From contig OY781945.1 in the NCBI GenBank assembly GCA_963677435.1, positions 2,176,001-2,240,000 of the forward strand: a stretch of 64,000 nt of DNA. Reading direction: 5' to 3'. The stretch is from an uncultured Aliarcobacter sp. Its GTDB lineage: Bacteria > Campylobacterota > Campylobacteria > Campylobacterales > Arcobacteraceae. Position numbers and translations under genes: made by a program. Under the pieces are notes generated by a model, which did no database searches, had not been told where the DNA came from, and saw only the letters and a list, made by a program, of their open reading frames with translations. Every line of letters starts with the position of its first letter. The first letter of the stretch is position 1. Positions 51,321 to 60,312 of the stretch are shown here, piece after piece.

Positions 51321-51897
51321 GGGTAAAATCTTCTTCATTTGGGATTCTTGTTAAATGCTCACCATTGTAACTTCCTATCATACTTTTAACAACATCACTA
51401 AGTGCAATATTATTAACTTTTGTAGCTTTTATTCCTAAAGATTCTACCTCTTTTAAACCATTTAAAATAAACTCTTCAAATTTATCTTCCATCTCAATTG
51501 TTAGTCCAATTTGAACAGTTTCAATATCTTTTGGAATTATTCCAATTATTGTTACATTTGCATGGGAATCTAAAACAGATACAATTTCTAACATCTCTAC
51601 AATTTCAACTTCATGTGCTGTTTTTCTATAAGTTCCTAGTCCTAAAAGCACATCAGATGGAAGTCTATAAATTCCTCCAATTTCATCTTCAATAGACACA
51701 GTATCTAAAATAATAACATTGTCATACTCTTGAAAATATGCCATTAGTTTAAACCCTAATGTCCCACCGTCAATTATCTCTAAATCTTTATCATCAAACT
51801 CATAATTTTGTTTAATATATTCACTTGCATAAATACCTATACCTTCATCTTTGAAAAGCATATTTCCAACACCAATTACAATATTTCTTTTTTTCAT
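51304..51897 (-). CDS. hydD: Hydrogenase maturation endopeptidase
   Basis: GVGNMLFKDEGIG, DGGT, AHEV. Confidence 0.95.
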   Translation of the reverse strand: MKKRNIVIGVGNMLFKDEGIGIYASEYIKQNYEFDDKDLEIIDGGTLGFKLMAYFQEYDNVIILDTVSIEDEIGGIYRLPSDVLLGLGTYRKTAHEVEIVEMLEIVSVLDSHANVTIIGIIPKDIETVQIGLTIEMEDKFEEFILNGLKEVESLGIKATKVNNIALSDVVKSMIGSYNGEHLTRIPNEEDFTHAINL

Positions 51898-51913
51898 AAA
51901 TTACACCTTTAAA

Positions 51914-51934
51914 TGAAAAGGGGCTTTCGCCCCT
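51914..51934 (-). terminator. Rho-independent terminator between hydC and hydD
   Basis: Minus strand AGGGGC-GAAA-GCCCCT followed by TTTCATTT. Confidence 0.7.
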
Positions 51935-51942
51935 GCTTTACT

Positions 51943-52647
51943 CTATTTTTTTTCTTCTTCTCTTACAAATTTACTACCACCAATTACAATGGCAATATCA
52001 CCCTCTTTCCAGAAGATTGTTCTCCAGATTTGATAATAAATATGGCACATTACCCAAACTAAAATCAAATACATAGAAGTATGATGAGCAATTCTAACAC
52101 CCATATTTCCACCAAATGCACTTAATGTCCAATCAGTAGTAAGATGTAGCATTAAAGGCCACCATGTTCCAATTGAACTAATACCTGAAGCTAGTCCTTG
52201 AACATAAAGTTGAAGTCCAGTAAATAACATAAATATTAGTAATAAGTGGAAAATTGTAAAAAATACAATATTATAACTATCACTGTGTGATGAATCAAAG
52301 TTTTTTCTTCTGTTAAAAGTAATTAGATTTAAAAATACTTCAAAGAATTCTTTTATATTTTTTCCCGTAGGAATTAGTTTTTTATATGGTTTTTCAAATC
52401 TTGAAAAGAAATATAAATAACCTATTAATACAGCAGTTACATCAAAGATAATTGCAACTATAAAATGCCCCCATCTATTCCAAGCCATTACATACTTATC
52501 CACTGCTGGATCTGCTATTAATGTTTGGTAATAAGGGTGACCTATATATAAACCGGTTATAACAGCAACTACCATACAAATGGCATTTAGCCAATGTATG
52601 ATTCTCATAGTTCCTGTCATTCTTTTAACCTCTTTAATGTTAGGCAC
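51943..52647 (-). CDS. hydC: [NiFe]-hydrogenase cytochrome b subunit
   Basis: RIIHW, WGHF, IAHH, CHIY heme ligands; GTG start after GGAGG. Confidence 0.95.
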   Translation of the reverse strand: MPNIKEVKRMTGTMRIIHWLNAICMVVAVITGLYIGHPYYQTLIADPAVDKYVMAWNRWGHFIVAIIFDVTAVLIGYLYFFSRFEKPYKKLIPTGKNIKEFFEVFLNLITFNRRKNFDSSHSDSYNIVFFTIFHLLLIFMLFTGLQLYVQGLASGISSIGTWWPLMLHLTTDWTLSAFGGNMGVRIAHHTSMYLILVWVMCHIYYQIWRTIFWKEGDIAIVIGGSKFVREEEKK

Positions 52648-54382
52648 GGCTTGTTCCTCCAATTGGATCTACTTTATAAACACCTAATTCTTTTCCTTTT
52701 GTATCAACAATATGTACAGCACAAGCAATACAAGGGTCAAAACTATGGATTGTTCTTAAAATCTCAAGTGGTTGATCCACATTTGCTACTTTTGTACCAA
52801 TTAATGCTGATTCATAAGCACCCATTCTTCCTTTGTAATCTCTTGGAGCTGCATTCCAAGTTGATGGAACAACTGCTTGATAATTTGCTACTTTTCCATC
52901 TTTGATTTTAATCCAATGTCCTAAACCTCCTCTTGGAGCTTCAGCCATTCCATAACCTTGAGTATCTTTTGCAACAGTATCAAAGTTAAATTCAGTCCAT
53001 GTTGATAAATCTCCATGAGCTACATTTGAAGCTAATTCATCAATCCATTCCATCATAACATCAGCCATAAGTTCTGTCTCAATTGCTCTAGCTGCAGTTC
53101 TTCCAACTGTTGAAAATAATACAGTTGTTGGTAAATTTCCATTTTTTAAGAATGTTGTTACATATTTAGAAATTCTTTCATCACCTCTTGCAACTCCTAC
53201 TATCATTCTAGCTAGTGGACCAACTTCCATTCTTTCATCATCATATAGTGGTGATTTAATCCAAGAATATTTGTTGTTTGTATCAAGATATGCAATATTG
53301 TCTTCTTTTTTACCAAAACCAGTATAAGCAGGTTTTGTAACACCTTCAAATGGATGTAAATTTGTATTACCTTCATACCAAGCATGAGTAACATCTTCTG
53401 TAATTTTTGTTTGGTCAATATCAAATACTTTTGATAAATCTTTATTTTTTACAATTCCTGAAGGGAATAATTTTGCTGCTTCATAAAATGGTGTATCATC
53501 AAGTCTAAAATCCCCATAACACATATAGTTTCCTAAACCTCCACCAATTCCCTCAAGTGCTTCACCAGCATACATAGTTCCAGCCATGTAAACATCTGGT
53601 AAGTATGCCTCTTTTGCAAATTTTTGACCTCTTTTTAGAATTTGTTTAAATTCTGCAATTCTTGCTGGATTTTTAATATCTTGTACACAAGTTACTCCAC
53701 CAACAACAAAAGATTGTGGATGTGGATTTTTACCACCAAAAATAGCCATCATTTTTGCTAATTCTCTTTGTAATTCTAAAGCATCTAAATAGTGAGATAA
53801 ACCTATTAAGTTTTGCTCAGGAGTTAGTTTAAACCCTTTTGATCCCCAATATGCATTTCCAAAGATTCCTAGTCTTCCTTGTTTTACATATTTTGTAACT
53901 CTTTCTTGAACAGCTGCATAAACATCCTCAGAAGCATTCCATGGTCTGTGTCCTGAAACACCTGCCCATTTTTGAGCTTCTGCTACTGTTGCTTTTGGAT
54001 CTGCTTTTAAAGCTTCAGTAATATCAACCCAGTCAAGTGCATGTAAGTGGTAGAAATGAACAATATGGTCATGTAAATATAAAGCACCTTGAATAAGATT
54101 TCTTACTAATCTTGCATTTTTTGGAATAGTAATTTTAAATGCATGCTCAACTGCTTCAATACTTCTTTGATAGTGAGTTCCTGTACAAACTCCACAAATT
54201 CTCATCGCTAATAAACCACAATCTCTTGGGTCTCTTCCTTTTAAAATCTCTTCAATTCCTCTAAACATTGTAGAAGATGAAAAAGCATCAACTACAACAT
54301 TATTTTCGTCGATGATTGCTTCTATTCTAAGGTGTCCTTCAATTCTTGTAATTGGATCTATTACTAAGTGTTTGTTTGCCAT
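52640..54382 (-). CDS. hydB: Membrane-bound group 1 [NiFe]-hydrogenase large subunit
   Basis: DPITRIEGH, RICGVC, DPCIACAVH plus cleavable C-terminal extension. Confidence 0.97.
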   Translation of the reverse strand: MANKHLVIDPITRIEGHLRIEAIIDENNVVVDAFSSSTMFRGIEEILKGRDPRDCGLLAMRICGVCTGTHYQRSIEAVEHAFKITIPKNARLVRNLIQGALYLHDHIVHFYHLHALDWVDITEALKADPKATVAEAQKWAGVSGHRPWNASEDVYAAVQERVTKYVKQGRLGIFGNAYWGSKGFKLTPEQNLIGLSHYLDALELQRELAKMMAIFGGKNPHPQSFVVGGVTCVQDIKNPARIAEFKQILKRGQKFAKEAYLPDVYMAGTMYAGEALEGIGGGLGNYMCYGDFRLDDTPFYEAAKLFPSGIVKNKDLSKVFDIDQTKITEDVTHAWYEGNTNLHPFEGVTKPAYTGFGKKEDNIAYLDTNNKYSWIKSPLYDDERMEVGPLARMIVGVARGDERISKYVTTFLKNGNLPTTVLFSTVGRTAARAIETELMADVMMEWIDELASNVAHGDLSTWTEFNFDTVAKDTQGYGMAEAPRGGLGHWIKIKDGKVANYQAVVPSTWNAAPRDYKGRMGAYESALIGTKVANVDQPLEILRTIHSFDPCIACAVHIVDTKGKELGVYKVDPIGGTSRA

Positions 54383-55617
54383 TATTTTTCTTCCCCTTCA
54401 TTTGATTTTTTTCCTGCAACTGCTGATGCCACTGCATGAACTCCAATACCAATAGCTGTTGCTGTTAATAATCCTAAACCAAACTCATCTACAGTTTTTT
54501 CAACTCCACCAGTTGGTGCTTTGATTTTTGCATCTGCCATTGGTCTTTCATAAGCATATTTATCCCAGAATTGTGGCTCAGAACATCCAATACATCCTCG
54601 TCCTACACCAATAGGCCAGTTTGTACCCTCGTTATATCTAATAATTGAACAGTTATTAAATGTCATTGGACCTTTACAACCCATTTTATATAAACAGAAA
54701 TTGTTTTTAGCACCATCATCTCCCCACTCTTCTACGAATTCACCCGCATCAAAGTGAGCTCTTCTTTCGCAGTTATCATGAATTCTATATCCAAATGCAA
54801 ATTTAGGTCTTAAAAGTGAATCAAGTTCTGGAATTTGGCCAGTTAATACATAATGTAAAACTACACCAACCATATTTGCAGGATTTGCAGGACATGCTGG
54901 AATATTGATAATTGGTTTACCTTTTACTATATCCATAACTCCAACTGCACCTGTTGGATTTGGGGCAGCTGCTGGAATTCCTCCAAAAGTAGCACATGTA
55001 CCAACAGCAACAATTGCAGCTGCATCTTTTGACATTCTAATTAAGTGATCATGGAAAGTTTCACCCATAGCACCAATTGTTCCATATTGACCATTCATAG
55101 CCATAGGAATTGCACCCTCAACAAATAGTAAATATTTACCTTTGTATAATTCTGCAGCTTCTTCAAGTTGTTTGTCAGCATCATGTCCAGCACAGGCTTG
55201 TAAAGTTTCGTGATATTCTAAACTTAATACATCAAATAATAAATCATCAACAGTTGGAGCTGAACTTCTTAAAAGTGCCTCTGAGTTTCCAGCACAATCT
55301 TGTAACTCAATCCAAATAACTGGAACTCTATTCATAAGTTCAGTAGCTTCTGCAACAAGTGGAGCAAACATAGGAGGTAACATAAGTGTGGCAGTTGTTG
55401 CACTAACCCACTTCATAAAATCTCTTCTATTTACACCTTCAGATTCTATTACATCCATTAAATCAATATCTTTAAGTGCAGGTTGCGCTTTTAATATTGA
55501 TAAACGACTTTTTACTTTTTCAAATAAAGAGTTGTAATATTCTTCACCTTTATTTGTTTCAACTTTTCCTGATTTTTGGGTAAAAACCTTTTTTACCATT
55601 TCTTGCGAATCAATCAT
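54382..55617 (-). CDS. hydA: Group 1 [NiFe]-hydrogenase small subunit (Tat-exported)
   Basis: NRRDFMK Tat motif, QDCAGNSE, Fe-S cysteines, C-terminal TM anchor with His. Confidence 0.97.
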   Translation of the reverse strand: MIDSQEMVKKVFTQKSGKVETNKGEEYYNSLFEKVKSRLSILKAQPALKDIDLMDVIESEGVNRRDFMKWVSATTATLMLPPMFAPLVAEATELMNRVPVIWIELQDCAGNSEALLRSSAPTVDDLLFDVLSLEYHETLQACAGHDADKQLEEAAELYKGKYLLFVEGAIPMAMNGQYGTIGAMGETFHDHLIRMSKDAAAIVAVGTCATFGGIPAAAPNPTGAVGVMDIVKGKPIINIPACPANPANMVGVVLHYVLTGQIPELDSLLRPKFAFGYRIHDNCERRAHFDAGEFVEEWGDDGAKNNFCLYKMGCKGPMTFNNCSIIRYNEGTNWPIGVGRGCIGCSEPQFWDKYAYERPMADAKIKAPTGGVEKTVDEFGLGLLTATAIGIGVHAVASAVAGKKSNEGEEK

Positions 55618-55637
55618 ACCTCTTACTCCTTAAAAAA

Positions 55638-55651
55638 TGAATGTTCATTTA
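55638..55651. promoter_or_regulatory. Near-palindromic operator TGAAT-N4-ATTTA just upstream of the hydA RBS
   Basis: TGAATGTTCATTTA, 1 mismatch to TGAAT-N4-ATTCA. Confidence 0.5.
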
Positions 55652-55784
55652 CTTAATGTAAAATATCTGTATCAGACTTATTCTTTTCTTAATTAAAACC
55701 CACAAAAAGTAGCATTAAACTAGCATTTTTGCTATTTGTTTTATTTTATTTTTCTTATTATATGATTTTATGGTGTCTTGATTA

Positions 55785-55809
55785 TTTTTGTTCTAAAAGT
55801 ATATAAGAA
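55785..55809. promoter_or_regulatory. 25-bp hydrogenase/nickel regulon motif, copy 4 (upstream of hydA)
   Basis: TTTTTGTTCTAAAAGTATATAAGAA; 23/25 to the reverse complement of 17726-17750 and 21/25 to that of 12781-12805. Confidence 0.6.
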
Positions 55810-55858
55810 GTTTCTAAATTTAATTTTTTTTAAATTTGTTACTAATATACACTTTTTA

Positions 55859-55872
55859 TGAATGTTTATTCA
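55859..55872. promoter_or_regulatory. Palindromic operator TGAAT-N4-ATTCA upstream of hydA
   Basis: ATGAATGTTTATTCAT with perfect 6-bp arms. Confidence 0.5.
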
Positions 55873-57228
55873 TTAATGAGTGGTACAAACAGAGCATACA
55901 TCAAAGCTTCGTAAGACTATTTTTGCTATTTCGATACTTGAAGAACCAATAATTGCTTTTTGAGCAATTCCTTTTTGATTTTTACTTTCAGGGCCTAAAT
56001 TCCAAACTGTTGGAGTTATTACATCATATGATTTTATTAAGCCTTTTTCAATAGTTATATTATGAAAAAGAGAACCTCGACAAGCTTCAACAACTGCTAT
56101 TGCTGAAGCTTTTTCAATATCTTTTAGTGAAATTTTTGGTTTTATATATGAAAGTTCTGAAATATCAACTTGGGAAATTAGATTATTTGTTTCATATAAA
56201 AGATGTGCAATTTCATCAATTCTTGCCATTACTCTTGTAAAAACTGAATCATCAAAAGATTTGTGTACTTCTTTTATAAATTTTCTATTTGAGATAATTG
56301 CCCTTGATAGTGGTCCTGTTTCAAAAAAGTTTTCATCATAAGATACTGATTTTGACCAAGTATGTTTTTCTTGAGTATTCTCATTTTTATTTAAAGAAAA
56401 AGTATTAGTTTCATCTTCAACTATTTTTGAAAAATCTAATTTGTTAACTAATCTTCGTTTTATTCTTCCACTTTTAAATAAACTAGATTCTCCTAAAGTT
56501 ATAAATCTGTTATATGATTTTCCATATTTATCTAAAGAGTATTTAAAGGATAAGTCTTTAAAATATTTTAAATCTTCACCTAAATTTTCTAAATTATCCA
56601 CACTCTCATAAGCTAAATAATTTTCTAAACTAACTCCACTAATTGAATTCTCAAAAAAACTAATTGCGGTTTGAAGATAGTTTTGCATCATAATTAAATC
56701 AAGTTTAGTAGGATCACTCATAACTCCACCAGGAATCATATATGAAGTGTGTGGCCATTGTCCACCAATAACAGCTAATGCTTTTATAGTTTCACTAGCA
56801 GCTTTTTGAGCTTGCATCCATCGGATACCTTTTAATGGTGCATAAATTCCCAAATCATTTGAATCTAGTTTTATAATATCTGGAAGTATAAACATATAAA
56901 ACCATTTTATGTGAGAATCTATTATCTCAATATTTAGGCCTATTTCTCTTAAAAGTTTTGCTTTTTGTGTGATTTGCAATTTTTCATTTATATTTTCATA
57001 TACATTTTCCAAAGCCTCAACTGTTGCTTTTAGATGCGCTTGTCCACATATCCCACAAATTCTTGGAGTATAAACTAAAGCATCAAGGGGAGATTTTCCT
57101 TCTAAAATATATTCAAACCCTCTAAAATTTAAAAAATCAATTCTTGCATCAGTAACTTTATTGTTTTTCCATGTACAATGAAGTTTTGCTTCACCCTCGA
57201 TTCTTTCTACTAAGTCTATTGTTTTCAC
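55873..57228 (-). CDS. hupL: Cytoplasmic group 2-type [NiFe]-hydrogenase large subunit (no C-terminal extension)
   Basis: ERIEGEA, FRGFE, PRICGICGQAH, ends FDVCSVCTTH-stop. Confidence 0.88.
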   Translation of the reverse strand: MKTIDLVERIEGEAKLHCTWKNNKVTDARIDFLNFRGFEYILEGKSPLDALVYTPRICGICGQAHLKATVEALENVYENINEKLQITQKAKLLREIGLNIEIIDSHIKWFYMFILPDIIKLDSNDLGIYAPLKGIRWMQAQKAASETIKALAVIGGQWPHTSYMIPGGVMSDPTKLDLIMMQNYLQTAISFFENSISGVSLENYLAYESVDNLENLGEDLKYFKDLSFKYSLDKYGKSYNRFITLGESSLFKSGRIKRRLVNKLDFSKIVEDETNTFSLNKNENTQEKHTWSKSVSYDENFFETGPLSRAIISNRKFIKEVHKSFDDSVFTRVMARIDEIAHLLYETNNLISQVDISELSYIKPKISLKDIEKASAIAVVEACRGSLFHNITIEKGLIKSYDVITPTVWNLGPESKNQKGIAQKAIIGSSSIEIAKIVLRSFDVCSVCTTH

Positions 57229-57230
57229 TT

Positions 57231-58124
57231 TTATTCCATTAATTTTTTATGAAGTCTATCTATTCTAAAAGTTTTTGCAACTCCACTAATACTTAAATAT
57301 GCCCTTTTTGAAATTCCTAAAGGAACTTCATAGGGAATTCCTATATTTTTTTTAGTTTCTAACATATCATTTCTTGGAAAATCCATTTCTGTACATCCAA
57401 TACAAGGCATTCCTGCTCTTGTTTTTGAACTAATATCATTCCACAAAATTTTATTACAAGAGCTATGAGTCATTGGACCTCGACAACCTTGATCGTAAAA
57501 TAAACACCCCTCTTTTTGTCCAAAATCACCTTCAATTTTCCACTCAAAATACTCATTTCTTGTACATCCATGATGGGCTAGAGTGCTATAAAGTTCCTTT
57601 GGTCGCCCTACTTCATCTAAGGCAATTTCTCCATAAGCTTTTAATGTAAAAAGAGTTTGTAAAATCCATTCTGGATGAACAGGACATCCTGTAAGATTTA
57701 CTACTTTGTGTTTTAAATTTTCTAAAATATCTTTATTTATAGCCTCATTAATACTACAAATATCTTCATTTTGTATAAATTTTGCATGAACTCCACCATA
57801 AGAGGCACATGATCCCACAGCTATAATATAATTTGATTTTGAAACTAATTTATTTAAGTGATTAAAAGTTGAATCTTCATGAATTGAAAATATATCTTTA
57901 TTTGAAGATATAGAACCCTCGATTAATAAAAAGTCTATTCTTTCTTTTTGATTTAAAATATCTTCAAGGGTTTTATCAATTGTTAAACTTGGATGATATA
58001 TAAAATCAAAACTGTTTAGGAAAAGCTCAAACCTACTTGAGTTTGCACTCAATAAAGAATGAGTATTTCCATTACATGTAATTGCAGTAAACCAGACAAC
58101 TGTTGGTTTTTTTTTAGTTATCAT
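57231..58124 (-). CDS. hupS: Cytoplasmic group 2-type [NiFe]-hydrogenase small subunit (no Tat signal)
   Basis: TCNGNTHS, GSCASYGG, GCPVHP, HHGCTRN, GCRGP, PCIGCTE. Confidence 0.88.
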   Translation of the reverse strand: MITKKKPTVVWFTAITCNGNTHSLLSANSSRFELFLNSFDFIYHPSLTIDKTLEDILNQKERIDFLLIEGSISSNKDIFSIHEDSTFNHLNKLVSKSNYIIAVGSCASYGGVHAKFIQNEDICSINEAINKDILENLKHKVVNLTGCPVHPEWILQTLFTLKAYGEIALDEVGRPKELYSTLAHHGCTRNEYFEWKIEGDFGQKEGCLFYDQGCRGPMTHSSCNKILWNDISSKTRAGMPCIGCTEMDFPRNDMLETKKNIGIPYEVPLGISKRAYLSISGVAKTFRIDRLHKKLME

Positions 58125-58707
58125 ACTTCAAAGCACGATATATATTTTCAGCCACTGAATCAGAATAAAAAAGTAATTCTTTATCTAAAACTTTCTCTCC
58201 ACTTAAAAAAGCAAAGCCACCTAAACATCCCATTATCATTGCAAATGCTGGGAAAAACTCTTGTTCTCTAAACTCTTTTTTACTTGCACCCTCTTCAAGT
58301 AAAATCATAACTTCTGTTACAAATTCTCCTACACATAAGAAACCTTCACAACCTTGTTTGAATACCTCTCTATTTGATAAATATACTCTTAAAAAATACT
58401 CTATAACTTCAGGAGATTTTTGTACATTTTCTAAATACTTTTCTACAAAGTGATATATTTTTTCTTTTGAACTTATATCTAAATTATTAATCTGTTTTAA
58501 CTCTTCAGCTAAAATATTTGTTGAGTATTTTATTGCAAATTTTGCAAGTTCTTCTTTTGAAGAGAAATAGTTATACATATTTCCAACGCTCATACTCATA
58601 GCTTTTGCAATATCTGGAATAGTTGTGTTATAAAAACCTTTTTGAGAGAAAAGTTTCAAGGCATTTTGTATAATATTATTTTTTTTATTTTCTTTTGTAG
58701 TAGAAAT
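58114..58707 (-). CDS. TetR/AcrR family transcriptional regulator (probable ATT start)
   Basis: ALKLFSQKGFYNTTIPDIAKAMSMSVGNMYNYFSSKEEL HTH. The frame extends upstream to ATT at 58707, preceded by AAGGA (6-nt spacer) and an in-frame stop. Confidence 0.9.
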   Translation of the reverse strand: MSTTKENKKNNIIQNALKLFSQKGFYNTTIPDIAKAMSMSVGNMYNYFSSKEELAKFAIKYSTNILAEELKQINNLDISSKEKIYHFVEKYLENVQKSPEVIEYFLRVYLSNREVFKQGCEGFLCVGEFVTEVMILLEEGASKKEFREQEFFPAFAMIMGCLGGFAFLSGEKVLDKELLFYSDSVAENIYRALKYDN

Positions 58708-58798
58708 CTTTTATCCTTTAAAAATATTTATTTATAATAATACATTTAATATTAATTAATTATGAATTAATTACAAATTAATAGAAATAGCAGTTTAT

Positions 58799-60235
58799 TT
58801 AATCAATAATAGATATTCTATTTTTACCATTATTTTTAGATTCATACATTGCCATATCTGCTCTATTTACTAAATCATCAATTGTATCTTCTTTTTTTAA
58901 CATACTTAATCCAAAACTTGCAGTTATAAATGATTCATTTAAATTTTTTAAAATATAATCATTTTCAATTAAACTTTTTAATTTTTCTGTTACAGCTATT
59001 GAATCTTCCATTGAACTATTTACATAAGCAATTACAAATTCTTCTCCACCCCATCTTGCTAATAAATCGCTTTTTCTTATATTTGTTTTTAATATATCTG
59101 CAATTCTTGTAAGAACTTTATCTCCTGTAATATGTCCAAATTTATCATTTACATCTTTAAAATTATCAATATCAAGGAAAAGTAAAGACATTGGTTGTTC
59201 ATGTCGTTGATGAAATAACATGGCGTGTTCTAGTTTTAATGTAAATACTCTTCTATTGTTTATATTTGTTAGTAAATCAATATCAGCTAAATATTCTAAC
59301 TTTTTATTATATTTTTTTATCATATAAGTTATGATAATTGTGATAATTAGAGAAATAAATAAAGAGAAAAATAAATTTATAAAAAATATATCTTTTACAT
59401 CAGTAATAAAATCATCAAGATTTGCTTCAACTAATAAATATAGATTTAGTTCAGGTATATATTTTGTATTTAAAAGACATTTTTTATTATTATTTTCGTA
59501 CTCTAAAGTTAATGGCTCTTTTGAAATAATTTCATTTTTATACTTTTTTAAATTAGGTAATTCATCAATATTTTTTTCAGGCATAATATCTTTTTCTGAT
59601 AAGACAATATCTCCATTTTCATTTAAAAAAGATACTTTAAAATGATATTTTTGTCTAAACATTTTTAACATATCATCGATATATGAGATTTTAATAGCGA
59701 CCCCTGTTGCTCCAATATATGAATAATTGCTATCAAATATTTTATAATTTATAAACATAATCAAAGAGTTTGATAGACTTTTATTAAAATCTAGATTTAT
59801 TTCATGGCTTTCTTCAATATGTTTAAATTTAAAATACCAAGCATTATTTGGATTTTCTTTTTCAATCTTTTCAAGTAAGCCATCTTGAGTATAATAATTA
59901 CCAGTTTTTTCAGATACTAAAAATGTTGCAAACATTGAATATTTATTTTTTACAGCTTCTAAATATTTCTGAATTTTATGATTATTAATTTCATCATTTA
60001 ATATCCAATCTTGTACAAAAGTATCATTGGCCATCATTGAAGAAACTAAATAAGGTTCAATTATATGTTTTTGAATTTCTGTGTAAATATTGTCTAAAGA
60101 AAGAGGTAAAGATTGTGTTTTTAAATGTCTTTCTGTACTGTTCAATGAAACATAATAGTTAATAAATGTAATTGATACAGAAAGTATTAAAAGTAATGTA
60201 CTAATTATAACAACCATTTTATATTTTGAATTCAT
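58799..60235 (-). CDS. Diguanylate cyclase with periplasmic Cache-like sensor
   Basis: Two TM helices, DIDNFK, RKSD I-site, RWGGEEF. Confidence 0.92.
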   Translation of the reverse strand: MNSKYKMVVIISTLLLILSVSITFINYYVSLNSTERHLKTQSLPLSLDNIYTEIQKHIIEPYLVSSMMANDTFVQDWILNDEINNHKIQKYLEAVKNKYSMFATFLVSEKTGNYYTQDGLLEKIEKENPNNAWYFKFKHIEESHEINLDFNKSLSNSLIMFINYKIFDSNYSYIGATGVAIKISYIDDMLKMFRQKYHFKVSFLNENGDIVLSEKDIMPEKNIDELPNLKKYKNEIISKEPLTLEYENNNKKCLLNTKYIPELNLYLLVEANLDDFITDVKDIFFINLFFSLFISLIITIIITYMIKKYNKKLEYLADIDLLTNINNRRVFTLKLEHAMLFHQRHEQPMSLLFLDIDNFKDVNDKFGHITGDKVLTRIADILKTNIRKSDLLARWGGEEFVIAYVNSSMEDSIAVTEKLKSLIENDYILKNLNESFITASFGLSMLKKEDTIDDLVNRADMAMYESKNNGKNRISIID

Positions 60236-60312
60236 TAAATACCTTTTATATTAAATAATAAAAATTTTCCGAATTATAACTTTAAAGAGCTAAAAAAGGT
60301 TACATTTCTTTT

